This document shows, one piece after another, positions 1 through 11,685 of a stretch of DNA of 64,000 nt. The stretch's first letter is position 1. Each line of letters opens with the position of its first letter. This DNA is from Eledone cirrhosa (taxonomy: Eukaryota): assembly GCA_964016885.1 (NCBI GenBank), contig OZ024742.1, positions 229,090,001 through 229,154,000 of the forward strand, written 5' to 3'. The translations under genes were made by a program, and so were the position numbers. The notes under the pieces were generated by a model, which saw only the letters and a list, made by a program, of their open reading frames with translations, had not been told where the DNA came from and did not search any database.

Positions 1-140
1 AACGAATCAAAAACTTAGGAAAGAAATTGTTTATTTTATATATATTTTCAAGAAACCAGAAAAAAGAGTAAGCGAATATAAAATGTATATTACAATATAT
101 ATATATATATCGGGAATTTTATATTCTCCAAGTGAAAAGA

Positions 141-227
141 ACCTTCTGACGAGAGTTTATATTTTCAATGGACGCCCGCAAGGACTATCTATTTATTTTT
201 GAGACTCGAAGCCGTTTCGGTAAAGGT
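141..227 (+). ncRNA. Type I hammerhead ribozyme, mutated (GAAG instead of GAAA)
   Basis: ACCTT-CTGACGA-GAGT..ACTC-GAAG-CCG TTT CGG-TA-AAGGT. Confidence 0.7.
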
Positions 228-626
228 AACCATAGTAAGTACAATGAATTTTTTGAAATTTATTTTGAAACTTTTTCTTATTTGCTAAACCTTGATTATA
301 TATGTTCTGGCTCGTTAATTTATTAACCTGCCATTGAACCACATTGGCATATGGTTGGATAATACATGTGTCCCTATACGTTTTTTGCGTGTAGGAATAT
401 ATATTTTATTATTATTAATCTCCCCCTTGTCGAGATAAAACTTGATCGTTTTGACTACTGCTATTTTTAGTGATAGTAGATTGACCTCCCTGCCTCTGCT
501 TCTATCTTTGCACACGGCACTGGACAGAATTGCTTTCACATCATTCATTCTCATCTCGGGAACAATTTTGAATAGAGCCAGTTCGTAATTCGAACTCGGG
601 AATTTTATATTCTCCGAGTGAAAAGA

Positions 627-713
627 ACCTTCTGACGAGAGTTTATATTTTCAATGGACGCCCGCAAGGACTATCCATTTATTTTTGAGACTCGAAACCG
701 TTTCGGTAAAGGT
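627..713 (+). ncRNA. Type I hammerhead ribozyme, canonical core
   Basis: Helix I ACCTT/AAGGT; core CTGACGA; helix II GAGT/ACTC with long loop; GAAA; helix III ACCG-TTT-CGGT; GUA cleavage triplet. Confidence 0.88.
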
Positions 714-807
714 AACCATAGTAAGTACAGGGAATTTTTTGAAATTTATTTTGAAACTTTTTCTTATTTGCTAAACCTTGATTATATATATATAAATATA
801 TATATAT

Positions 808-1572
808 GGTTATACTTGGGGAGGGTCCTATTTCTGTAATATTGCCAGAATTAATAACAGAACACACTCACTGTTTGGTTGGTTTTCGCTTTTCGCTTCT
901 GTGTCTTTTATATCGGTAATCTAATTTATTCGGTCCTCAATGTTGCCATTGACTGACCAACGGTCAAAAATACAGATAAAATATAGACACAAACACATAT
1001 ATATATTCTCTCAAAGTTCTTTCGTTGCACATCTGCAACATCGTCAGTGGTGCTATTGTTTCCTTCCGTTGCATTGTATTTTCTACGCCATCTTTATTTA
1101 GTCTGTTTATATATTTATTTATTTGTTTATATTTTTTTTGTCTTCTTTGCGCATGCGTTTGCGTGTGTGTATAGTGTTTTGTTTGATGTGTGTTCGTGAT
1201 TGGGTGACTGTGTATTGGTTAATGTATTCTATCCTTACTAGTGTGTGTTTATATGTGTTTGTTGTTATTGTGCTTGTGTATGTATTTATTTATTTATCTA
1301 TCTATTTATTTATTTATACTTCTCTTAGGTCAGTGTTGTTTGTTTGGGTGTTGTTGTTATTCCATTCAATTTTTCTGTTTAGCCTTGGCCTTCTAAGTTC
1401 TATTTCACTGGCCTCTCTGATTTGCCTATCTACTGGATCATTTCTATGTTTAGATATTATTCTAATTTCTATGTTGTCTATGTTACCATCGTCTTGTGTC
1501 TGGTTCAGTACTATACGAACATGCCAGACAACAACACGACGGTAACATAGACAACATAGAAATTAGAATAAT
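808..1572 (-). mobile_element. PLE 3' fragment (GIY-YIG C-terminus + 3' UTR with HHR), related to the element at 8521-10871
   Basis: Minus strand near 1365-1480 reads IDNIEIRIISKHRNDPVDRQIREASEIELRRPRLNRKIEW, similar to KIESTHRKDAMFRQITEAININEL*PKLNRKHEW at ~10295-10396; terminus TTATACTTGGGAGGGTC nearly identical to 8526; foldback 1456-1572. Confidence 0.75.
1011..1049 (-). ncRNA. Minimal hammerhead motif
   Basis: Reverse complement CA-CTGACGA-T-GTTGCA GATG TGCAAC-GAAA-GAACTT-TG; helix I only 2 bp. Confidence 0.6.
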
Positions 1573-1900
1573 CGATTAATTGGTGAAATATATTTCTTTA
1601 ATGGAATATATACGAGGGAGATTAATCAAATTATAAGGTATCTATTTTTGAAGTTCTAGTTAAACTTTATTTAGTTACCTACCTAGCTATGTGTGCTTAC
1701 ACACTTTTACAAATTATCCCCTGCGATTGTTTCATATGTTTAATTATATGTCAATTAATTTCTAGTTGATATAAAATGCTCGGATCTGCTCATTAGAATC
1801 TTGGAGCATATTTTACGGGTGATATGGCGCATGTCTATCTGGCATGACACTCGTAATTTAATTTGATTTAATTTAATTTAATTCAAATTATCTTAATTTT

Positions 1901-1950
<50 letters not shown>

Positions 1951-2084
1951 CTCCTCATGGTTAACTATACGGAACGACCAATTCTCTCCAGAGTAGTAAA
2001 TCACCAAACTTAAGTGAATATACACTTATATATATATATATACATACATACTCATACACACAGAGACAAGCGCGCGCGTGGACT

Positions 2085-2111
2085 CACACACACACAAACA
2101 CACACACACAC

Positions 2112-2200
<89 letters not shown>
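2085..2200. repeat. (CA)n/(TA)n microsatellite
   Basis: Direct reading. Confidence 0.95.
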
Positions 2201-2396
2201 GTTAGGCGTGTACATTTTCAGTGTAAACGCATTTTGAAGACTTTCATGCCTACCTTTCGTCAACGACATATCTTTATATATTTTCACATTTTGTTTTCTT
2301 AGTTTTAAACTCTTTCGTTATACATATTGTTTGTTTCGTTGTCCTGTTGTGTGCCCTTTACCTATACATATATACGTATGGCTATTAAGTACCTTA

Positions 2397-2589
2397 AGGC
2401 GGTGGATTGGCAGTATCGGTAGAGGATCGGACGCCATGCTTTGCAGCAAAGAGTTACGGCCCTTTATGATCTGTGTTCAAATCCCGCCGAGGTTAACTTT
2501 GCCTTTCATCCTTACGGGGTCAATAAAATAAAGTACCAGTAATACACAGGAAGAATTGCTGGCCTTGTGCCAAAAGTAGAAACAATTAA
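2397..2589 (+). mobile_element. tRNA-derived SINE (family A)
   Basis: GGCGGTGGATTGGCAGTATCGGTAGA head, B-box-like GTTCAAATCCC, body TTTGCCTTTCATCCTTACGGGGTC.ATAAAATAAAGTACCAGT; many similar copies in the window. Confidence 0.85.
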
Positions 2590-2684
2590 TTACCTTAATC
2601 TAAACAAATCGACACAATATCAACTCTATCCACGAAATCAAACCAATAGAATTCATATACCTGCACTTAACGTTACTCATCAAA

Positions 2685-2787
2685 TATGGGTGTCCCACCA
2701 AAATGTATACACACCTTGTTTACCTGTACAAACAATATTTATTAGAATGCTGTTGAAGTATGTATACATTTTTTGGGACACCTTGTA
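2685..2787. mobile_element. Tc1/mariner-type MITE remnant
   Basis: Inverted termini GGGTGTCCCACCAAAATGTATACAC / GTATGTATACATTTTTTGGGACACCTTGTA, resembling CAGGGTGTCCC TIRs with TA flank. Confidence 0.55.
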
Positions 2788-4358
2788 TATATCACATTAA
2801 ATATAAAGTAGAACCAATCGTACACACTAGTATCACACTGAAACCACTTCCGTTATAGCACCAGCTAAAACAACACCAATTCCTAGAATGGTGGCGAAGG
2901 GTGACATCTGGCTTCAGCCATCGATTTACGTGGTTTCTAACAAAAGTGTTAGCACAGAAGTGTTTTTAACCGGGCCTGTTCGAAACCCTGATCGTCAAAA
3001 CCGATATAAGTCTATTTAATCTAGTTCCCTTCCATTTCATATTCCACGTTTTCTCAACTACCACATTAAACCTACGTAAGTTAAGGATACAGGCTGTCAT
3101 TTAGTGGCGGAACAAGTAACACTTTAACTTCATTGTCTCTATCTCACACATACTCTGTCTCTATGTGGACGACGATCAAACAGAAAATCTTTATAAGCAT
3201 TCTATTTATACATCCTACTTTATGTATTTACGATCATCTTGACAGTTAGTGTGGTTTTGATAATACTTTCAGACATTTAACTACTTGACAAGCTTTATCA
3301 TTTAAGGCTCAAGAGAATTGTGATGATGTTGAAGTTGCTTTCGTAAAATTGATCATATAAAACCCCATTAGTTTGAAATATTTATTATTCTAATCACCAT
3401 AGAGAGTAAAAAAACAACAACAAAACTCAACAAGTGAAACAATCAGGCCTGTTAATTTAGAAGTAACGAACTAACTAAAATAAAAATAAAAATGCAACAA
3501 AATACTTGTTTTAAGAGTGCTTTTAACATCTCTCTTTCTATCCTTCTGATTGACAAATAAATATTTAAGCACGGAGAAATGTTTCTGGTTGTCAATAATT
3601 CGACACATTGCAAGGATTAATCAGAACTACGGGAGTAAAAGTTGTGAATAAACTTCGCTCACAACGCTCCAATATCCGGGCAATGACACTGGTGAAACTT
3701 CCACGTTCGGTTTCTATAAAAGCCTGCTGTGGTGAGGAAATAGGGACGAAATTTCGAGAAGCAGTGGTAGTGAAGAACTGGCTGGCTGGTCTGTTCTGGA
3801 GAACTACAGACCTGTCAACTCTCCCCGTCCGACGTGGAGATCTCTCTCCCACGTTGGGGTGGTTGAGAAATGTATTATCTTGTGAAAATGGGTATAAATT
3901 TCATTATCGAAAATCTCCTCATTTTTCCTCATTTCTCTCCGTTTTGGGGCACTTTTTTTTTTATGGTACTCCCAATTTGGTATTTTAGAGGTTCGCAAGT
4001 CTGGAACTTTCAGTCTGAGAACTATGGATAATGTTCCAAAATTCCTCTGGGCGACGGTGTATTATCGGTTCGTTATTCATGCTGTGTGCTCAGATGTACT
4101 GTTTCCTGGGCCTTTTCGGAAGAATCATCCTCGAAATCGAGGCATGTACATTTCCGTAGTCTGGTTTGTTTTGAAGAACTTTCATTCATGGAATAATGGG
4201 TAGAGTTTAATCATCACTTGTATCAAGGTGGGCTGGGTGGTGGTGGTGGTGGTGGGGGGGGGGGGGGGGGGTTAGTATATTGCTCATCTGAGAAAAACTA
4301 TATAAGCAAAGAAAATGGTGAGTGTTCACATGTATATATATATATATGTATATATTAT

Positions 4359-4443
<85 letters not shown>

Positions 4444-4455
4444 AACCAGTAAGAG

Positions 4456-4545
4456 CCCGACAGCTGAGCTCAAGCCGTTTCGACGGCTAATTCTGGACTA
4501 AATGAAAATTTATCCTGGTATTTAAATAGCCGATCTTCTCAAGGG
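4456..4545 (-). ncRNA. Hammerhead motif, U3-A8 variant (inverted copy)
   Basis: Reverse complement of the 5269-5358 motif. Confidence 0.7.
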
Positions 4546-5268
4546 GTAATTGTATATATGGTCAAAGTGATTGTCAGAAATCAGTAGTAATTCTGTGATT
4601 GCAAATTAGTAGGGGAGATGGTGGCTAAACCTGCCAGTAGGAGAAAGAGGGGAGGGGGTGGAGTAGACCCAATCAAGCGTTGGTAGTGCCAGCTACAGCT
4701 GGGCATGAGGTCAAAGAAGATACTGCCCGGGATAGAAACCTTTATTATTTATTTCGTGGTAGTCTCTTTAGTATTTTGGCCCCTTTTGTTGACCCGTCAC
4801 CGTATCATTTACGTACTTATACCTCTTAAAAGGGTCCTTGCCTATTTCGTCCCACCTAGTTCTTCTACTTATTTCGTTATTTCTTTATTTCTTTCTTTAC
4901 TTCTTTCTTTATTTATTTATTTATTTATTCTAGCCTAACAATAGCTAGAGACCTAGGTCGTAGAACTTGCTTTACTTTTTTCTTTACACTTATTCGCTTT
5001 TCTTCACTCTCAGTATTTTTTCTTTCATTTATATTTTTACCCCCCATTGTTCTACCTACCGTTCCGACTTCCTCCCCCTCCCCCTCCCCAGTATCTTCTT
5101 TGACCTCATGCCCAGCTGTAGCTGGCACTACCAACGTTTGATTGGGTCTACTCCACCCCCTCCCCTCTTTCTCCTACTGGCAGGTTTAGCCACCATCTCC
5201 CCTACTAATTTGCAATCACAGAATTACTACTGATTTTTGACAATCACTTTGACAATATATGGAATTAC

Positions 5269-5358
5269 CCCTTGAGAAGATCGGCTATTTAAATACCAGG
5301 ATAAATTTTCATTTAGTCCAGAATTAGCCGTCGAAACGGCTTGAGCTCAGCTGTCGGG
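5269..5358 (+). ncRNA. Hammerhead motif, U3-A8 variant
   Basis: CCC-TTGAGAA-GATCGGCTA..TAGCCGTC-GAAA-CGGCT TGAGCTC AGCTG-TC-GGG; GUC triplet. Confidence 0.72.
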
Positions 5359-5490
5359 TCTTACTGGTTCCTATTACCCACTCTACTACCCCAAGTATTG
5401 AGTACTTTGGCGCGTTATGGTCCACCTGGTTCCTTACCACATTTCCTTCGTTATATATATATATATATATTACAGAGAGAGAGAGAGAGA

Positions 5491-5521
<31 letters not shown>

Positions 5522-5749
5522 GGAGATGTGTGTGTGTGTGTAAGCACATGTAAATTAGAATACTGTTGAACGTTTTGAAGAGAGAATTAGTAGCTTTTAC
5601 CGTATATTTACTACAAAAGATATTCTAATACTAGGGCATATGAAGCCCCACAACGGAAAAACGAGACATTAGTACGTTTCTCTCGCGTTATATTTTCAAA
5701 ATTATATATATATATATGTATATATTCTTAGCACGTACAGACGTATACT

Positions 5750-5910
<161 letters not shown>

Positions 5911-6279
5911 GAAATAAAGACCTTAATGTAAAATCTCGCTTTGTTTTCAATATAAATATATTCGACCTTGCAGTCTAGTGGACGCAGCGTAGCCGCTTCG
6001 CTAAGAAATTCTCTTCGCAATCATTTGGTTGCGGGTTTAATTCCACTGCCTAGCATCTTAGACGTTAATGCTTTGAGTAGTCTATTTTGATGTTTGACGA
6101 GCTGGAATAGTCAACTCCGAAGTCAACAGATATCCATTCTTTTTGCAGGCTATATACCTTTCATAGCTATTTATTCTATCTTACATTCAATATAGTAGTC
6201 ATAGATATAATGTGATGTACAACCATTATAACAATCATCGCTATATATTCAGGCATACAGCCAATTTACAATTTATGTC

Positions 6280-6472
6280 AGTGGAGTGGCAGAATCAGTA
6301 GAACACCAGACAAATGCTTAGCAGTACTTCTTCGGGTTCTATACATCCTGAATTCAAATCCCGTTGAGGTTAGCTTTACTTTTCATCCCTCCAGGGTCAA
6401 CAAAATAAGTACCTATAAAGAACTAGTGGCGATATAACAAATTACTAGTCTTGCGCCAAAATAGGAAACCAT
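6280..6472 (+). mobile_element. SINE family A, diverged copy
   Basis: GTGGCAGAATCAGTAGA..TTCAAATCCCG..TTTCATCCCTCCAGGGTCAACAAAATAAGTACC. Confidence 0.7.
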
Positions 6473-6730
6473 GATTCACAGCTATATATAGACCGATGGT
6501 TATATATCTTACCTTATTCACAATATGCGTGTGTAATTATAAATTCTAACATACAGTCTATACATTATTATAGCTTTATTGCTTTATATTCTTTACAGCA
6601 AATAAAGCAGGTGTAAACAGTAGTATATTAAGCTAAAGTAAAGGTCCTTTGACTCCTGATAGAGTGGTAAGGGCTTCGATCTGACACGGCGTATCTTTGG
6701 CAATTTAAACTTGTAGAAAACTACCCTTGC

Positions 6731-6734
<4 letters not shown>

Positions 6735-6783
<49 letters not shown>

Positions 6784-6784
6784 A

Positions 6785-6817
<33 letters not shown>

Positions 6818-6838
6818 TCTCTCTCTCTCTCTCTCTCT
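6735..6838. repeat. (CT)n microsatellite
   Basis: Direct reading. Confidence 0.95.
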
Positions 6839-6960
6839 GTATATAAATGTTATATTTTCCAAGATTCTTAATGTGAATCGTTTGTTGTGAATGTTCATGC
6901 TGCAAATAAAAAAAAAACACACGCATCATCTGATCTTCACTTTTTCACTTCAGCTTTATT

Positions 6961-7196
6961 ACTAGTTATTGGTTTGTACGTCAAAGTTCTTTCGTCACAC
7001 ATTCTGTGATGTCCTCAATGACTACATGTTCTCTCTTCTGCCTTATCTTCTTTCTAGTCTTAATCTGTAATTTCAGACAAAATTGAGTTACAGATTGAAA
7101 CCAGAAAGACGGGGAGACACAAACAAGAACAGACAGTCATTGAATATGTTACAGGCTGTGTAACAAAAGAACTTTGACAAACTAACATAACTAGTT
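6961..7196. mobile_element. Old miniature foldback PLE derivative with two decayed HHR motifs (6980-7022 minus, 7136-7178 plus)
   Basis: ACTAGTTAT..GTCAAAGTTCTTTCGTCACAC is inverted against GTGTAACAAAAGAACTTTGAC..ATAACTAGT; same HHR family as 10623. Confidence 0.6.
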
Positions 7197-7258
7197 TTAA
7201 AGATAAAGTGAAAATATGAAACTTCTATGGTGCGTGTATTTTTCTATTGACAATTCTG

Positions 7259-7351
<93 letters not shown>

Positions 7352-7816
7352 TTATATATATATATGTATATATATATTTATTTATATGCAATGTCCTACG
7401 AGAAACCATTTATTATATGACAAAACAATATAATTATATTTGAAAACGAGTTTCAAGTGAGAATTTCCAACGTTATTGCATGAATCACACCTGTTCAATT
7501 CATAAATGATCAACCGCATAAATATATGACAAGTAAATCTATGTAATCGAAGATCATAAATGACTAGATATAACAAAGGAATTTCTCATAAAAACAATGT
7601 CCGTATTTCCTATTATCCTTGAATGAAGTGTCCGTGTCTTGAAGTTTTGAAGTCAGCCATTACGTTATGTTCAAATACATACCTAATTGTTGCAAATGTT
7701 GGTAATATTGCCACGAGTAATAACAGAGCTGTTGGGTTGACTGTTCAAAGAGTCCACCCGGTGTTAGCAATTATAAAACGAGGTATATAGAAAGATTTAT
7801 GATTCCATTAAAAAAA

Positions 7817-7873
<57 letters not shown>

Positions 7874-8672
7874 GGAATAGAATGAAACGAAATTTCATTT
7901 CTCACTCTTAGTACGGCACTTACTTAAATGTAAGTATGTATGTATGTATACGTACATACATATATGTACAAACAAACCGAGCATTATAATAAATGTTCGG
8001 TAAACTGATACGTGCATATATATATATATGTGTGCATGTATGTATATATATATATATATAAATATATATAAATATATACATACATATACACACACATATA
8101 TATACACATATACACACACATATATATATATACATACATACATACACCTTTATATGTACACACACACATATATATACATACATACACCTTTATATGTACA
8201 CACACACACACATATATATATATATATCACTTTACAGAATAACATTACCAGAAGTCATTTAAGTGTGTTTATGATATATTAGTTGTATTACATACATAAT
8301 TCTGAAAGGAACATTAAATTAATACATTCATTGTGGTGTGATGTATGCTATGCATACTTACATTCTGAAGTTAGAGAAAATATTAGGAAAACACACATAC
8401 ACACACACGCACACGCACGCACAAACAAACACACACACACACACAGACACACAGACGCACACACACATATATATATATATATATATACATACATATATAT
8501 GTATATATATATATATATATATTGTTATACTTTGGGAGGGTCATGTTGCCAATAAGAAACACACGCACCAGTTGCTTTCACTTCAATTTATTATAATAAA
8601 TTTATAAATTTAGGAATTTACAAATTTCCGGTTGGTTGGTTGGTTCCACAACCAGATGATTGTTTATATATT

Positions 8673-8715
8673 GTCAAAGTTCTTTCGTCACACATTATCT
8701 GACCTCTTCAGTGAC
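8673..8715 (-). ncRNA. Minimal hammerhead motif (inverted pLTR copy)
   Basis: Reverse complement GTCA-CTGAAGA-GGTCA..TGAC-GAAA-GAACTT-TGAC. Confidence 0.7.
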
Positions 8716-8817
8716 TGGGGATTAATTTCTTTGTTTTTGTGCCTCTCCTTTGTTCTGTCCTACGCCATCTTGTTTTCGTGTGTGTTGTGTGCTTAGTTTG
8801 CGCATGTGTTACATCCG

Positions 8818-10400
8818 GGAAATAATCAGTGAGAGCAATGTTGAATTCCGTGGGATTGATACCAGTGAGCTGGGACTCCTACTTAAACTTACCTATAGTA
8901 ATGATTATCTAGTTACACATGGCCTTAGCAACCTGTGTCCCACAAGACCAGCAAGAGGCAGACCACCTAACATTACCTCAATGGCCAAGAAAACCCACAC
9001 AGATAGATTGAACGGGTGGACCAGAGCCATACGGACCCGTGAAAACCACGATGAACTAAAGAAAATGATTGCACATGCGGTGGGGGCCAACATAAAATTA
9101 ACCCTTAAGGAACATATGTTCAAATTTAATGGAAAAACATGCCCAAGAGGAGGGATCAGCCATTGGTGTTAGCATTGCAGGTGATATAGCTAACCTATTC
9201 ATGGTATGGTGGGACAATAGACTTAAACTTAAACTTGAAGACAGCAACCCCTTAACCCTGATAATCTACTCCCGCTACGTTGATAATATAAACATCTATT
9301 GATGATATAAACATCGTTGATGATATAAACATCGTAGTAAAAACACCCCCACTAGAGAACAGTCAGGAATTAGAGAAAAACACCATGGAAAGCATCCAGC
9401 AAGTAGCTAACTCTATCCACCAGAGTATTAGAGTTAATATAGACTACCCAAGCAAACACCCCAACCACCGATTACCTGTACTAAACACAGAGCTCTGGTT
9501 AGATACCATTAATAACAAAAAATAAATCCTCCATTCCCATTATGGCAAACCCATGACTTCCAAATATCTGATCCACCTAAACTCAGCTGTTTCAGACCAT
9601 ACCAAAATCAACATACTGATTGCGGATTTGGTACGGGTGATGAGAAACGTGTCCCGCATGTGCAACCCAAAGAACTAGAGAGACACATGCAACACTTCAT
9701 CCACCGTATGCAGTTCTCTGATTACAATCAGAGAGATAAAATCAGAATATATAGAGGAGCCAGAACCAAATGGGGAAAAAATGGTAAATAATGACACAAA
9801 TGGGACCTGCCCCTTGTATAGGAGCTAATTTTGGAATAGAATAGAAAGAACTAGGAATAAGGTTAATAGAATAAACTCATGGCATGATAGCAATAAATAC
9901 CAGAGTGTAATGTTCATCGATACAACCCCTAGAGGTGAATTAGCTTACAAATTTAGAAGGGCCCTAGATAAACATAAACTCAATATTAAGATAGTAGAAA
10001 GACCAGGTACCTCTATAAAAACACTTATTAGCAATACATACCCTTTTCAAAGACCTCCCTGTGTAGATAAGAAATGTATAACCTGTAAATTAAGCCCCCA
10101 TATTAACTGTAAAACCAGAAATGTAGTATATAGCATAAGATGTACTGAAGGACAATGTAGAGACAAAAATATAGTGTACATAGGTGAGACAGCTCGTAGT
10201 GTAGGGGAACGGATAAATGAACACTGGCGAGACCTTCAAGATAGTAAAGAATCATAAAATAGAACATAATGTTAAATTAGAGAACTTAGAAATAAAAATA
10301 GAATCTACACACAGAAAAGACGCAATGTTTAGACAAATCACAGAGGCAATAAACATAAATGAACTCTAACCAAAATTAAATAGAAAACATGAATGGAACA
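8818..10400 (+). pseudogene. Decayed PLE reverse transcriptase + GIY-YIG endonuclease
   Basis: GSAIGVSIAGDIANLFMVWWD, YSRYVD(N/D), DYPSKHPNHRLPVL, CVDKKCITC..CKTRNVVYSIRC..YIGETARSVGERINEH; several stops and frameshifts. Confidence 0.88.
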
Positions 10401-10622
10401 GCAACATCACAACTTACAATTAAGGACAAAATGAAAACACACACGCACATATAACAAACAACCAACCAGTAACATGTAAATAAACAAATAAATAAACAAA
10501 TATAAACATACACAGACACCCGGATGTAACACATGCGCAAACTAAGCACACAACACACACGAAAACAAGATGGCGTAGGACAGAACAAAGGAGAGGCACA
10601 AAAACAAAGAAAAGAATCACCA

Positions 10623-10665
10623 GTCACTGAAGAGGTCACGGAATGTGTGACGAAAGAACTTTGAC
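10623..10665 (+). ncRNA. Minimal hammerhead motif in PLE 3' UTR
   Basis: GTCA-CTGAAGA-G-GTCAC GGAATGT GTGAC-GAAA-GAACTT-TGAC. Confidence 0.75.
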
Positions 10666-10869
10666 AATATATAAACAATCATCTGGTTGTGGAACCAACC
10701 AACCGGAAATTTGTAAATTCCTAAATTTATAAATTTATTATAATAAATTGAAGTGAAAGCAACTGGTGCATGTGTTTCTTATTGGCAACATGACCCTCCC
10801 AAAGTATAACAATATCGGTTTCAACACAGGTTTTCAGATAAAGAATCTTTATATACAAATTCAGAAACG

Positions 10870-10914
<45 letters not shown>

Positions 10915-10915
10915 C

Positions 10916-10998
<83 letters not shown>

Positions 10999-11158
10999 AT
11001 AGAATTAGTAAATTTATATTCCAATGTTACTAAGTAGTTGCATTGGATGGAGTCAACCGACGTCAGAGATTGCTCAACGTATAATAAAGTGTGTTTTAAA
11101 ATCCGGAGAAAATATGGAGAAGTTTATGAAATCGAAATGCGGGTATACAGAATTTATT

Positions 11159-11275
11159 AGGTAACAATTGTTTCTATAGTGTATGGGTTACCTATACCTC
11201 GCTATTTGAATAATATAAAAATATTATCATAAACCGAAGGTACACTGTAAGCAAACACACCATGTCGTCAGACCT
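11159..11275 (-). ncRNA. Hammerhead motif (minus arm)
   Basis: Reverse complement of 15894-16010. Confidence 0.75.
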
Positions 11276-11685
11276 TTGTATTGGAATGATATGAAAATAT
11301 TTTATACACTAGATAAAAGATAAAGAAGGAGGTAGGAAGAGAAGGGGAAGAGGGAAGTGAGTAAGGTGAAGGGAGTCTTAAGATTTAAGACTGTCAGACT
11401 AGTAGAGATTGTAAGGAGAGAATGTTTTGGCAGCAGTTAGCTTAATGAGGCGTGTTAGGGTTGGCGGGGGAAGTAAATTCTTCTAGCGGTGTTGTTCGGA
11501 CAAAATTTAGTTAAAGCGGTCAAAGTGGTACAGTGTCACAGACAAGTTATTGAGGCTATTATAGTAGCAGGTTATTTCTAAAGGGGTCCAGAAAATAGTG
11601 TTTAGTACTATTATTATAGAAAGCCATATCTTGTGTATAAACATATAAAACAGAAATTTGCAAACGGTGGTGTAAAAAGGTAACA

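Larger units (their letters stand above)
111..788 (+). mobile_element. Non-autonomous PLE/retrozyme-like unit: two ~190-bp direct repeats (111-303, 597-788), each with a hammerhead motif, flanked by (TA)n
   Basis: Near-identical repeats starting CGGGAATTTTATATTCTCC, offset by 486 bp; TA tracts on both sides. Confidence 0.75.
4440..5451 (+). mobile_element. Non-coding PLE derivative with ~285-bp inverted arms (4440-4725 / 5089-5374) and a unique tail, inserted in (TA)n
   Basis: Arms are reverse complements; both carry the HHR motif; TA tracts at 4367-4441 and 5452-5470. Confidence 0.8.
8521..10871 (+). mobile_element. Penelope-like element, 5'-truncated, with inverted pLTR (8521-8817 / 10520-10815), inserted in (TA)n
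   Basis: RT and GIY-YIG motifs, ~295-bp inverted terminal copy, HHRs, TA flanks. Confidence 0.9.

Noticed and set aside
1123-1545. 140-aa hydrophobic membrane-protein ORF
   Set aside because: It is the antisense of a PLE endonuclease end and its A/C-rich 3' UTR
1611-1730. Mariner-like TACGAGGG terminus
   Set aside because: No convincing partner TIR or transposase remnant seen
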